A DNA stretch of 64,000 nucleotides from Octopus vulgaris. Lineage: Eukaryota. Positions within the stretch are counted from its first letter, which is position 1; every line of letters starts with the position of its first letter. Shown here one piece after another: positions 25,115-39,215 of this stretch. The stretch lies in NCBI GenBank assembly GCA_951406725.2, contig OX597822.1, positions 45,632,001 to 45,696,000 on the forward strand. The letters run 5' to 3'. Both the position numbers and the translations under genes were made by a program. The notes below the pieces were generated by a model that made no database searches, was not told the origin of the DNA, and saw only the letters and a program-made list of their open reading frames with translations.

Positions 25115-25322
25115 AATAAAGTTACCTCCTCGAGTCATGCCGAGTCATAAGGACCGGTTTCCTGGTCGCCATATATATTCCCCACCTGTCGCAGGGTTAC
25201 TCATTTTCGCCAGCTGAGTGGACTGGAGCAACATGAAATGAAGTGTTTCACTCAAGAACACAACTCGAAATCACAATCTTACGATCATGAATCCAACACC
25301 CCAACCACTAAGCCACGCGCCT
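25115..25322 (-). mobile_element. tRNA-derived SINE with central ttgctccagtccactcagctg...taaccctgcga domain; related pieces at 30552-30800 and 49550-49760
   Basis: Minus strand starts aggcgcgtggcttagtggtt (A box). Confidence 0.6.
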
Positions 25323-26105
25323 GCACAAAACCACAGGGGACATGACTAATTAAGAAATTACAATCCGAAGCCATTAACGGATCTGTAAATATATGTAAGA
25401 CATTCCAGAGGTTTGTCGTTTAAAACATACATGCACACACGTGTATAGATATGCGTGTGTGCATGTGTGTGTGTGTGTGCGTGTGTTTGTATGAGACAGA
25501 TATATATATATATAAACACCCATATATAAATAAAAACATTGATTCACACATTGTCATGTATACTAGCAGATTTATTTACGCAGATGCATACATATGTACA
25601 TACATAAATGGTGGTTCTCGAATTGTTTAGGTGACAATCGCTGACAAATTATCTTGTTTCAGAAGAGTGAAGACTTGTTATTCGCTTTTTTTGCTTTTTT
25701 TTTTTTTTTGTGACCATCAGACCTACAATGGTTTTCTAAAACTTGCAAACGGCTTGCATTTCTGTTACAGATGCGGCATTCATATTCATATGTTGTAATT
25801 GCGCGCTCATTCTGTGCAGCTGTGTACTTTTATGTGCCTTGTGAGTCCAGACCGAACGGAAAATTCCCGATCGCATAGATTGCATAATGAGGAGATTTAC
25901 TGCCAGAAATTAGTTGTATTCATACAGAGAGAGACGAGAATGAGAGAACTTTTTATTAGATGGCTGTGAAACGTGGGTATTATAGAATGTTTGTTGGTGG
26001 TGGTGGTGGTGGTGGTGGTGGTGGTGGCGGCGGCGGCGGCTACGGAGAACCGACAGCAACATGAAAATATTCCACCAGACGCTTCTGTTCCTCTATAGCA
26101 CTACG

Positions 26106-26149
<44 letters not shown>

Positions 26150-26213
26150 TCTCTCTCTCTCACTCCCTCTCTCTCCCTCTCTCTCTCTCTCACTCCCTCT
26201 TTCTCTCACTCCC

Positions 26214-26297
<84 letters not shown>

Positions 26298-27491
26298 TAG
26301 GTATTAAGTAAATGTAATAAAGCTGTGTTCGATAAGGCTATCATGTTTGACTGTGTTGTAGGCATGCGAGTATTGACGCAGATGTGTAGATGTATGTATG
26401 CTATATATATATGTGTGTGTGTGCGTGTGTGTGGAGAGCAAGAGACCTATATACATATACAATGAATTGCCTGGTCTGAATTAAACACATATATGCCATA
26501 TAACTACTGTTCTTCATATATATGAACACGCATGTATTTGCTTGTATACAAATAGAGTCGTACACAAGCGAACGTATAAACGTGTTTGTGTGTATATGTG
26601 CACATACCTGTATACATACATGTATTATGTATATGTCTGTGTGTGCGTGGATTCACGGAGATTGTATTTGCAAATATATGTATGTGTGCACACGCGCACA
26701 CATACACGCAGACACGTGACAAATGAGACAAAATTAGAGGAGACATTTCAATGTAGAGAGTTCAATGGATTGATTCACGCCTGGTTTAGCTGAAAATTTG
26801 GTGTAACAACATCGAAGTCGACAACAATCCTACGTTTCCCCTTTATTGCTGTTGTTAACGATGTTTTTTGATGAGGTAATATAAAAACAAAGAGAATACA
26901 ACGCGACACAGCTGAGAACAAGTAATATATGATTGTAAATAAAATGGAGTCTTAAGTGGCAGACGATTTTTTATCGCATTTATTTATTCTACTTTTTACA
27001 AAAGATTTCAAGTAGGGACCGCTCTCTAATTTAAAGTGAAAGTGGAAAACAAAATGAGTTTATGAAATGAAACTTTTTTAAGAGACATTTTTGTTTGCGT
27101 ATATGTGTGTGAATTTGTGTATGTAAACGAAAGGGGAAGCGAAGAAGAGACGTGGTGAGGAAGCTTGTAGAAAATGGCGCTGGTCGCTGGTGGCTTGGAA
27201 GCTGCTTGGTAAATGGAGACTTGTGTGTGAGTGTGGGTTGGGTGTGTGCACGCGCGTGTTTATTACTGTGTTTGCTGTTAAGTCACGAAGTTAATAAGGA
27301 ACCTTCGCTGCGTTGGCCTCCTCTGAAAGGGAAAGATGCATAAATAAACAGATCAAGAGGAAAATAGATACACAAGTTAGATAGTGAAAGGCAAAGAGAG
27401 AGAGAAACAAAGAAATGCACTGAGGAAGAAGTAAATCGTATGCATACATATATACATAGCAAAAAATTACAGTCACATACTCATAGATACG

Positions 27492-27542
<51 letters not shown>

Positions 27543-27589
27543 GTATGTATGCATGTATAGAAATGTTTGTGTGCGTATTTTATTTTCTC

Positions 27590-27743
27590 TCCTGCTTATT
27601 TCTGTGTTCCTTTCCGTCGAAGAGCGTAGGCTCGAAACGTGAACGACTTTCTCACTTCCCGAGCGTTAAACTAATGCATCTGTTTGTTGTTTACACACCT
27701 GACTTCGTCTTCAGTTTTTTTTTTTTTTTTTGTAAATACTCAC

Positions 27744-27815
<72 letters not shown>

Positions 27816-29020
27816 CCACAGTGAAGTTTTTGCTTTTATTTATAATTTCTGCGACTCTACTCTCTGTTCCCTTTCTTTCTTTCTCTGTATCCTTCTATAA
27901 TCCTCTTTATTTTCCGTTTCTCCCCTCCTTCTTTGCTGTCCCCTGTCTATCTTTCTTCCACTCCCTACTATCTTATCTTCTTTCTCCCGTCTCCTAATTC
28001 CCTTTGTTTCTTTCCCTCATCCTCTCTCCTGTCGCCCTTCTCCTCTGCCTATTTGTTCCTATGTGACTACAGGCCATTTTTGTCTCACCTCTCTCTTTTT
28101 TTTTTTTGGACGCTACGCGTACTTAGCTGGACGTCATTTTTCCTCGCCTCCCGACATTTTTCTCTCTTTTTCTCTCTTCTACTATTTTCTTCTCTTGTAT
28201 TTATTCTATATAATTTCAAAATTTCTCCCAGGCGTTGCCCATTACAATGTGCTCTTGGCCTAACGGCCCTTAATGTTTGTCTTCGTCAATTGTTTACTCT
28301 GTACGTCCACCCTGTCATTGTTTGTTCGTTCGAAGATCTAACTCTCCAGAAATCTTATACTTTTAAAATTTTTTGGATGCTGCTATTTTATGAAGTGTTC
28401 CTATCTTGTCGTTAAAAGCTCGAAATAGGGAGTAATTAAGTCGACAGCTGAGGAGGGGTTAGACTTCTTTTGGTATTTTGTTCCGTACTTGTCTCTCATT
28501 ATGTGTTTACGTATATTTCACTCGTTGGTGATGTCTTGTTCTTATTGTATATTTTTGGTAATCCGCCTGTACTTATCGCTCGTGTGTCTACGTAATTTTC
28601 ACTCGTTGGTGATGTCCTGTACTTGATGTATTTTATATATGCGCAATGGCCCAGTGGTTAAAGCAGTGGACTCGCGGTCATAGGATCGCGGCTTCGACTC
28701 CCAGACCGAGGCTTGTGAGTGTTTATTGAACAAAAACACCTAAAGCTCCGTGTCGCTCCGGCAGAGTATGGTGGCGAACCCTGCTGTACTCTTTCACCAC
28801 AACTTTCTCTCACTCCTTCTTCCTGTTTCTGTTGTACCTGTATTTCAAAGAGCCAGCCTTGTCACACTCTATGTCACGCTGAATCTCCCCGAGAACTACG
28901 TTAAGGGTACACGTGTCTGTGGAGTGCTCAGACGCTTGAACGTTAATTTCACGAACAGGATGTTCCGTTGATCGGTTCAACTGGAACCCTAGTCGTTGTA
29001 ACCGACGGAGTACCACGACG

Positions 29021-29083
<63 letters not shown>

Positions 29084-29262
29084 TGAAATTTACAGAAAAA
29101 AAAAGATGAAGACAGGTGTATGAATAACAAGCAGGTGTATTAGTTTGATGCTCAGGAAAGTGAGAAAGTCTTTTACGTTGGGAGCCTACGCTCTTCGGCA
29201 GAAAGGAATAAGAGGAAATAAACAGAATTTTAAAAAACTTGTGGGTTGAGCGATCAAGCATG
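27590..29262. repeat. Inverted pair of a pLTR-like repeat (27590-27745 + / 29080-29262 -) with a degenerate HHR-like motif
   Basis: ttt(c/t)(c/t)g(t/c)cga a gagc gtag gctc gaaa cgt in both arms, each with core mutations. Confidence 0.6.
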
Positions 29263-29843
29263 TATATATGTATCTTTTATTTTTTTCTTTATTTCAGTCA
29301 TCAAACCGCGACCATGCTGAGGCACCGCTTTCAAGAATTTTAGTCTAGCGAATCGAAACCAGTGCTTATATTTATTTTTCAGAGCCTGCTACTTATTTTA
29401 TCGGTTTCTTATGCCGAACCGCTAAGTTCTATGAACGTAAACACACCAACACGTGATGTTGGGACCTCAATACGTCAAGTGATGTTCACACACACACACA
29501 CACACACACATACACACGACAGGCTTCCAGGTTCCGTCTACCAAATTCATTCACGAGGCTATAATAGAAGATACTTGATCAAGGAGTCACAGTTAAACTT
29601 TAAGTCTAGTCCAGTTTGATAACAGGACCTTGTCCTGGTGGATACATTTTGTAAAAATGTTTGATATCGAATTTAGAAAGCCAATGCAGTTCTTCGATCT
29701 AATATGAATATGTTCTTTTAGCTACACAGAGCCTGAACGCTTTTAACCGCTAATGTATGATTTAGATTGGTATGTATGTATGTATGTATGTATGTATGTA
29801 TGTATGTATGTATGCATGCATGCATGCATGCAGACAGACACAG

Positions 29844-29884
<41 letters not shown>

Positions 29885-29966
29885 CAAACACAGAGATACA
29901 AACAACAATGAATAAAGTAAAGAAAGGCGAAACTAATATATTTTTATGTATATATATATATATATA

Positions 29967-30018
<52 letters not shown>

Positions 30019-31087
30019 GCTGCATAACTTCTGACGTTTGCAACTGATTTTCTCCAAACTGAGAACATACATTGCTTATGTTCCAAAGATGGTTTTCGAT
30101 TATTAAAATTTTTCACGTAATGAATAATGGGGCCTCTCGGGGCAGAAAACCCCTTTTTCTGTGGTACGTACGATTACTGTGTTTCTTCACTTACTCTTGT
30201 TTCTTCACCGTTGTTCAGATGTTACACTGTTGCTCTAAGTTTCGTGTTACCGATATTTTCGACAAGACTCCAAATGGTATCGACGAAAGACAGCGAAATG
30301 TGGAGACGGAATAAATTCTTGATTTTAATTGCTGTTTTAATCTTAGGCTCTTCATGTTTTGAGTTCAAGTCCTGCCGAGATCAATATGGCCATTCGTTCT
30401 TTTGGGGTCGATAAAATAACGTATTAATCAAGTAGTGTATTTGATGTAATCGATTAAACTCCTCCCCTTAAAATTACGTCTTGTACCTAAAATAGAAGCA
30501 ACTGTTGTTGTTGTTATTGCTGTTGTAACTATGATATTCATTCGAAAGTGTAGGCGCGTGGCCAAGAGCTTATCGTTGTTTCGATTCTCAAACCGAGTGG
30601 TGCGTTGTATTCTTGAACAAAATGATTCATTTCACATTGCTCTGCGATCACTTTGCATACCTGATTTATGGCACCCCTGTACACCTGTACAGGTAATATC
30701 AATTTGATGGCGAGATTGAGCGAATGTCCAGCATACACATTCCATTGCCATAAGCAAATCGTCTTTGCAGGTTGTTCGACAAGAAACTGCAGATCCTTCA
30801 TCTATCGACTACGGTATGAGAGTCCAGCGTTTGGTCATAATTAGTTCTTGTTATTGTTTGACCCAAGGTAGAGTTCAAAGGCATTCCAGCCGTGAACGTC
30901 CTGTAGTTTTATTTGTATCAAGCACTAGTTTAATATAGTAAGGTGTGATCTGATGAAAATGTTATTTTTCTAACTTATCAAGCGACTACTTTTGGAGTTT
31001 CATTGTTGATTTCAGTTTGACAAATATTAATGATGGCATGGTTTTACCTTCTACAAATCATTCCGTTAGAATTATATAGAATTTCTC

Positions 31088-31135
<48 letters not shown>

Positions 31136-31138
31136 GGG

Positions 31139-31527
31139 GAGCAATAAAAAAAAATGGAAGAGATCAATAGGTGGTATTCATCAACTTTTAGACATTATAT
31201 TATGTCAATTTATTTATTTATTTACTAAAGTGACAATTACAACAATATACATACATGTATAACATATCCTTTACATGTACAGTATATAAAGATACCAGTA
31301 ATTATTAAAATATATAACATATTCCTGTATGTTATATATTTTAATAATTACTGGTATCTATATATTGTATATGTAAAGCATAATATGTTATACATGTATG
31401 TATATTGTTTTAATTGTCAATAAATAATTGTCAGTAAATAAATAAATAAATAAATAAATAGACATAATATAATGTCTAAAAGTTGATGAATACCACCTAT
31501 TGATCCTCTCCATTTTCTTATTGCTCT
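31139..31527. repeat. AT-rich fold-back palindrome, about 185-bp arms, centre near 31325
   Basis: gagcaataa...ggtggtattcatcaacttttagacattatattatgtc versus its reverse complement at 31462-31527; inner arms ataccagtaattattaaaatatataacata / tatgttatatattttaataattactggtat. Confidence 0.85.
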
Positions 31528-31695
31528 ATAAATTAAAGGTAAAATATCTCTTTACCTTCACCCATTTATTACACTCGGTAATGTAATTGCAATGCAATAA
31601 AAAGAACACAGGTGTATTAATAATTGGGTATTCTACCAGCAATATAATGGTTAGATATTATCCCTTGGTTGGATTCACAACCTCTAACTTTCTTG

Positions 31696-31741
<46 letters not shown>

Positions 31742-31851
31742 TTCATTTTATAAAAATATTTTTTATTTGTTATTTGTGTTTTGGTTTATGTCTATCATTG
31801 TTTGAATTGCATAATAGTGGTTTTATCTCTAATTTATATTATATATATATA

Positions 31852-32243
31852 CTAGCAGTATTGCCCGGCGTTGCTTGGGTTTGTAAGGGAAATAACTATA
31901 TAAGCATTTTTAGAGAGTTATAGCCAAAAAATAGCAAAAAAATGCATTAAAAATGGAAAAAAAATGATGGTAAATTTTTTTAAAAACCGTTGACTCATCT
32001 TAGACATTTTTAGATAGTTACTTCCCTTATATAATAGCGAAAAAATGCATTAAAATGGAAAAAAATGATGGTAATTTTTTTTTTAAATCGTAGACTCATC
32101 GTAGACGCGCGCTAATACCCAGAAGGGCTCGATATGAATCACGACTATAAGATACCCGGTTTTGGTTAAACTGCACCGCAAAATGTGGGAGTAGTTAGGA
32201 ATCTAAATCGTAGGAGACAGACACACAACTCTTTTATATATAA

Positions 32244-32246
<3 letters not shown>
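31852..32246 (-). mobile_element. Non-autonomous Helitron, same family as 23081-23477
   Basis: TC...hairpin...CTAG on the minus strand, between (TA)n tracts. Confidence 0.85.
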
Positions 32247-32297
<51 letters not shown>

Positions 32298-32302
<5 letters not shown>

Positions 32303-32673
32303 TGTGTGGGCACAGGACTTCAGGAAATGTGTACAACAAAAAATACGAAGTACGAGTACATGGAATATGAACTATTTTTTCGATCAACGAAAGACACAAA
32401 TGGAAAACAAGACAAACAACATAAAGCTCGACCCTTCATCAGTTGTTGGCTGTTTTTCTACTCTCGTATTTCGAGCATTTAACAATAGTATAAGCTTTCG
32501 ATAAAACAGTTGCTCCCAACAACTGATGAAGCAGGGTCGTTCTTTATGTTGTTTGTTTTGTTTTCTATTTGTGTCTCTCGTTGTTCGAAAAGAAATAGTT
32601 CATATTCCATGTACTCGTACTTCGTATTTATTTGTTGTACACGTTTCGTGACGTCCTGTGCCCACATATGCAT
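32298..32673. repeat. Fold-back palindrome (about 150-bp arms), pLTR-like; related single copy at 37200-37440
   Basis: atgcatgtgtgggcacaggac...cttcatcagttgttgg versus ccaacaactgatgaag...gtcctgtgcccacatatgcat. Confidence 0.8.
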
Positions 32674-32810
32674 ATATATATATATACACGCATAGATGTA
32701 TGTACATATACGTATGTATATATGCATATATATATTATTTATATTATTATATGATTGAACGCCACGCATCCTCTTCCAAGTAAGTTATATATATATATAT
32801 ATATATATAT

Positions 32811-33330
32811 ACACGAAGTCTGATCAATAAGTATCCGGACTGTTTGCATAGTAACGAAACAAAAGCACACAGAGTGAAGTCGCTTGGCAAAGATTGACCT
32901 TAAACTTTGCTGCGCCTACACACTAAGTTTTAACATTCTAACTCACTTCCGCTGTTTACAGTTGTGCTTGGAAGGAAGGTGTGTAGCATGTGATCGTCGC
33001 ATTGATCATGACAGAGAAAGTTGTCATGGTGATACCTGCTCAGAGGCCTACGCAAAGTTGCAAAAAGTGTATGGAGAGGAGTGTATGAGCCGCACACAAG
33101 TGTACGAGTGGTTCGGACGTTTCCAACATAGCCGAAAAAATGTCGATATTGATGAATATCCCAAATCTTCAATGATAATGGACGGAACTGAACCGTAACT
33201 AATCTGTATATTCTCTGATAACTCAAGGATGGGGATTCGACAATTTTCCCTCATAATTGCACCACATCTGCGATGTTTTATCAGTTCTGCTGGTTGTGGT
33301 TCTCTCAGAACATTCATCAATATCGACATC
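32811..33330 (+). mobile_element. Mariner 5' fragment (TIR plus HTH region) whose continuation is inverted at 33160-33330
   Basis: TA then cacgaagtctgatcaataagtatccggac; AYAKLQKVYGEECMSRTQVYEWFGRF. Confidence 0.8.
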
Positions 33331-33711
33331 ATATATATATATGAGTGGCTGTGTGGTAAGTAGCTTGCTTACCAACCACATGGTTCCAGGTTCAGTCCCA
33401 CTGCGTGGCACCTTGGGCAAGTCTCTTCTACTATAGCCCCGGGCCGACCAAAGCCTTGTGAATGGGCTCGTCGTATGTATGTATATATATGTGTATGTGT
33501 GTGTGTGTGTTTGTATTTGTCCCCCACCCACCCACCAACATCGCTTGACAACCGATGGTGGTGTGTTTACGTTCCCATAACTTAGCAGTTCGGCAAAAGA
33601 GACCGATAAAATAAGTACTAGGCTTGCAAAGAATAAGTCCTGGGGTCGATTTGCTCGACTAAAGGCGGTGCTCCAACATGTTCACAGTCAAATGACTGAA
33701 ACAAAAGAAAG

Positions 33712-33789
<78 letters not shown>

Positions 33790-34171
33790 ACAGACGGACA
33801 AAGAATCATCAGTTTTACGTCTTCTAAAAACATCGACGATATACTCACTATGACCTCCATAACGTACCTCTGTCCTCCATCTCTCTCCTTACTTTCTATC
33901 TACTGGTTTATTACACTGCTTGCTCTCCACCTTTCCTGTACTTCCACTATCCCCACTTCCTTCCCCAATGATTTCTTTTACCTTCTCGTTCCCATACTGA
34001 TACTTATCATTGGCCACAACTTCTCCATTGTACAACATTCATTTCTCCCTTGATTTCAAACCAGCTGTCACTCTTCTCTAACACTCATACGGTCTGCCTT
34101 GTTTGTCTATTTTTGGAGATGACAAAAACTCCATCTCCTGGGCACTAGCAACATTTCTTAACAAAAAGCAA

Positions 34172-34341
34172 TAGGCGTAGGAGTGGCTGTGTGGTAAGTA
34201 GCTTGCTTACCAACCACATGGTTCGAATTCAGTCCCACTGCGTGGCACCTTGGGCAAGTGTTTTATACTATAGCCTCGGGCTGACCAAAGCCTTGTGAGT
34301 GGATTTGGTAGACGGAAACTGAAAGAAGCCCGTCGTATATA

Positions 34342-34386
<45 letters not shown>

Positions 34387-34612
34387 GTATGTGTGTATAT
34401 GTTTGTGTGTCTGTGTTTGTCCCCCCACCATCGCTTGACAACTGATGCTGGTGTGTTTACGTCCCCATAACTTAGCAGTTCGGCAAAAGAGACCGATAGA
34501 ATAAGTACTAGGCTTACAAAGAATAATTCTTGGGATCGATTTGCTCGACTAAAAGGCGGTGCTCCAGGATGGCCACAGTCAAATGACTGAAACAAATAAA
34601 AGAAGTAAAAGA
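34172..34612 (+). mobile_element. SINE family A, full-length reference copy. Others: 10800-11005, 11085-11425, 29285-29580, 33342-33710, 35700-36045, 46325-46650, 50975-51335, 56370-56580
   Basis: aggcgtaggagtggctgtgtggtaag head, internal (TA/TG)n, 3' aaatgactgaaacaaataaaaga. Confidence 0.9.
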
Positions 34613-35016
34613 GATGATTAGCAAAGATTTACAACTACCCCTCACCTCTAAAACACCTTTCCACTAGCAGCTTTTTATTCTGTACAAGTATGAAATCCTG
34701 ATCCTCACAAGATTTGACTTGTGTTTTATTATTTCCTGAAACCAACAATTTCTTTCTCTCTCTCCATTTTGTTTTTAACAATAGGAAATTCACAAACATG
34801 ATAATGTAACTGTGGATTAGTAATGGATGCTGCTTAGTCATTATACATTATTCAAATTTGTGTCTCTGACTTATCAGTCACAGACACACAGATCAACATT
34901 TAGCTTTCACTTTTTCATGCTTGCATGGATCACCCAATTTATTGAGGTAGATTTTCTTCAACTGCTTGACCATCCTGTCACCTAACCTCACTTGTTTTCA
35001 AGCAGTATACATACAA

Positions 35017-35312
35017 TTCTATATTTAAGAGATGAGGAATTATGCACATTATTTACATTTGACAGATATTTGTCCTCATCTTGTTTGTTAACACAACGCG
35101 GGCTACTAACCCCAAGATTCCGAGTTCAATTCCAGACAGTGACCTGAATAATAATAATAGTAATAATAACAACATTGAAAAAATACCTTAGGAATGAGAA
35201 CCCTGGTTCGAAATTTCCCCAAGACACCTGATGAAGGCTAGAGGGTATATCAGCCGAAATATTATGTTAACAAGCAAGATGAGGACAAATATCAGTCAAA
35301 TGTAAATAATGA
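35017..35312. mobile_element. Fold-back tRNA/HHR element copy 3 (short left arm)
   Basis: Same terminus ttctatatttaagagatg; TSD tatacatacaa; degenerate HHR at about 35224-35267. Confidence 0.8.
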
Positions 35313-36301
35313 ATATACATACAAGGCAGCGAGCTGGATAAATTAAGTACCAGTTGCATACTGGGGTCAATGTAATCGATTGGCCACTTCCCCAAAAGTT
35401 TCAAGCCTTATGCCTGGAGCAGAAAAGAATATATGTACACAGCAGCAAGCTAGCAGAAACATTAGCACGCTGGGCAAAATGTTTAGCGGTATTTCGTCTG
35501 TCTTTATGTTCTGAGTTTAAATTCTGCTGAGGTCAACTTTGCCTTTTATCCTCGATAAATTAAGAACCAGTTGCGTACTGGAGTCAACCTAATTGACTAG
35601 TCCCCACCTCCCTAAAAATTTCAGGCTTTGTGCCTAGAGTAGAAAAGAATATACGTACATATTCACACAGTTTATGTAAGTATGTACATATATGTATGTG
35701 TAATAAAAAGCTTGCTTCCCATCCACATGGTTCTGGGTTCAGTCTCACTGCGTGGCGCCTTCGGCAAGTATCTTCTAAAGCCTCAGGCTGACCAAAGCCT
35801 TGTGAGTGGATTTGGTAGACAAAAACTGAAAGCCCATCTTATATATTTATGTATGTATCTATGTGTGTGTCTGTGTCCCTCCATCACTGCTTGACAATCA
35901 ATGTTAGTGCCTTTATGTCCCCGTAACTTAGCCATATGGCAAAAGAGACTGATATAATAAGTACTAGGTTTAAAAAAATAAGTCCTGGGGTCAATTTGAC
36001 TAAAATCCTTCATGGCTGCAGTCAAATGACTGAAACAAATAAAACACACACACACACATATATGATGGGCTTCTTTCAATTTCCATCAACTCGGAGCTGG
36101 ATTGAACCTAAAATCATGTAGATGGGGACCAAACTTCTTAACCACAGAGCCACAACTGTGCCTTTTGGTTATATATATAACATACACACAGGAACAAATA
36201 TGTCCACAAAAAAAAAAAAATTAAGCAACGTAAAGAACAAAAACACAAAGTAAATGTATATACATATGTGTATATATATTTGATATATATATATATATGT
36301 C

Positions 36302-36307
36302 TTTATT
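36302..36307 (-). promoter_or_regulatory. Candidate polyadenylation signal AATAAA of PSMC5
   Basis: tttatt on + strand about 360 nt past the stop codon. Confidence 0.5.
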
Positions 36308-36668
36308 ATTGAAACAGTTTTTTTTGTTGTTTTCTTGTTGTAGTGATATAATAAGTTCTAAAAGATGAAGACAAGATGAAGGGAAGAAAACAGCAGTCAC
36401 CTTTCACATCACCAGTGTCTGGTGTCAACAATTATAATAAAACATATGTGAATGTGTTTATAGACACACATTTTATATAGATATATATATTACACATAGC
36501 TATGCACTAAGATCTTTAATATATATATATCAAACACATCCACAGACATCCACCACCATTCAGTACAAGAAAGTTTGGTTGCTGCTGCTTCTGTTGTGAT
36601 GCACAATAATTATAATGATGGTACTTAATAGTAACTGCAACTGTCGAAGATGCTTCATCATGAGTGAT

Positions 36669-36722
36669 TTATTTCCACTGTTTCTTGATGGACATATTCT
36701 TTTCGGAGTCCTTCTGCATCAC
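36669..36722 (-). CDS. PSMC5: PSMC5 terminal coding exon (VMQKDSEKNMSIKKQWK*)
   Basis: tttcag acceptor; TAA stop at 36671-36669; Rpt6 C-terminal tail. The exons from the ATG sum to 1200 bp. Confidence 0.96.
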   Translation of the reverse strand: MMQKDSEKNMSIKKQWK

Positions 36723-37560
36723 CTGAAATATATATTATACAATACATATGTAGAGATTTTTAAAAAAGGTGTTGAAACCACAATGGTATCCAATTGGCAG
36801 CTGATGAGGGAGGTCCCTCAATTAGGTTAAATTTTTTTTCTCTTGTTTTGTTAACCTAGGATAGTGTAGGTTCTTATTTTTTATTGTTCCCTGACAACGT
36901 ATGCATTAGGACTTAATGTGGAAATCTTACGAGAGGATGATACTATTTTTGTTAACAGCTGTAGTTTATCACAATTAAAAATATAGTTACATGGCAAGCA
37001 GTTGACAGTAACCTCAAAGTTTTGGCCTGCTAGCTTCCATCGGACTGCCTGACAAAGGTTAGCAGACCAAAACTTTAGCCACTCCCCAAGTAAAAAGATA
37101 ATATAGATTATCCAAGAAGTAGAGCAATTCTTTTATGTCAAATTGCTTTTCCTGTAACTCTACACAAAAACAAACATTGATATATATATATACATATATA
37201 TATGGGTACAGGACATCAACAAAATGAAATACGTAGACAAATGAGTTAAATACATAAACGAAAGAAAAAATGGAAATCGGGACAAGTAAGCACAGAAACG
37301 ACCCTTCATTAGTTGTTGACTGTCTATCTACTCATCATTTCAAGCATTTAATTACAATATGAGTCTTCATAGACAGTTGCTCCCATTAATTCTAAAATAA
37401 AATTTAGGATTTATGGAGGATCAAAGTTGGGAACAATACTTTGTTCACTCAAAACAAATTCTTGCACAGGAATTTCTTGAACTCTCAGATCATTTACATG
37501 GACTTACTGAGTTCAGGAAGTGGTCTTATTCAGTCACTAGTTCTCTTCCACCATTTACAC

Positions 37561-37815
37561 CAGTGGTTCCCAAAGTGAGTGGTGTTACCCCCAAAGGGTT
37601 GGTGAAAAAAAGTTGGGTGATAATGGGGTAACAATTCATGTAAAAACAACAAAATAATGGGTTTGTTAGGTTAAGTTTTATTTGTGAAATACAGTTGCTT
37701 TGAATTTACTTCAGAAAGAGGTCTATGTTTGTGATGGTAAGTTGGGGGTAGGGGCACTAGGAGTGTGGCCTGAGTGTCAAGGGGGCAGCAGCCCAAAAGA
37801 GTTTGACAACCCTTG
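37561..37815. mobile_element. hAT-Charlie-like MITE
   Basis: cagtggttcccaaa ... tttgacaacccttg degenerate TIRs. Confidence 0.5.
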
Positions 37816-38014
37816 ATACACACACACAGTGGTGAATGGTGTGGCTAGAGGTGACTGCTATGTGGTCACCATTTGATAGTCTTCTCAGTGTGAAGCATGG
37901 CATGGAGTATAGTGATAAGGAAGATGGTCAAGAGAGTATAGTGGAGATGGTGCAAGAATGATATCCTTCCACTTTACTGACACTGGAGTGGTGGGAAGAG
38001 GTGGTATCCATCTA

Positions 38015-38392
<378 letters not shown>

Positions 38393-38443
38393 TTAGCATC
38401 TACACTGGCTAACTACACACATGCAGTTTTGTGTGTGTGTATG

Positions 38444-38519
<76 letters not shown>

Positions 38520-38921
38520 ATATATATATATATATATACACACACACAAGGTTATGTGTGTGTGTGTACATACATGCACACACATGTCAAAATACATGGT
38601 TACATGAATACACAGTACTTCCATATAATTTCCCACATATACACACATGGTTTTCAGTGAGTTTTAATAACATGTTAAAAACTAATGGTATACTAATTAG
38701 TTGCTCCAGTTCTGTGAAGCTACCAGATTTGATGTGTATATAAACAGGATCACTACTTGTTTCTCTGTGACTGGTCAAGTGATGTAAACACCCCTGATGA
38801 GATCCCAATAAAAGTTAAAAACTGATTAAGGCTATTCATCATTTTTATACAATCTGCAGAGATACAGTTACAATTGACGTGTTTCTAAGTCTACTATGTA
38901 GATTTATGTTATATTGATTTA

Positions 38922-39104
<183 letters not shown>

Positions 39105-39215
39105 TTACAAATAGCGAAATGAGTACCAAGGATTTTCTAAGCATTTTGGCAGATCACGTCCACCCTATGGTAGAAACATTTTTTCCTGATGGTAGAGCAA
39201 TCCAGCAACAATGTA

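Noticed and set aside
25700-26110. Unique-looking stretch with (GGT)n(GGC)n as a coding exon
   Set aside because: No sustained frame with paired splice sites or recognisable protein similarity
27933-28415. 160-aa hydrophobic ORF as a membrane protein
   Set aside because: Arises from a pyrimidine-rich low-complexity tract within a repeat-bounded region
31480-31510. TTGATGA motif as a hammerhead in the 31139-31527 palindrome
   Set aside because: No GAAA box or stem III at a suitable position
32515-32560. CTGATGA in the 32298-32673 palindrome as an HHR
   Set aside because: I could not assemble stem II, GAAA and a cleavage site around it
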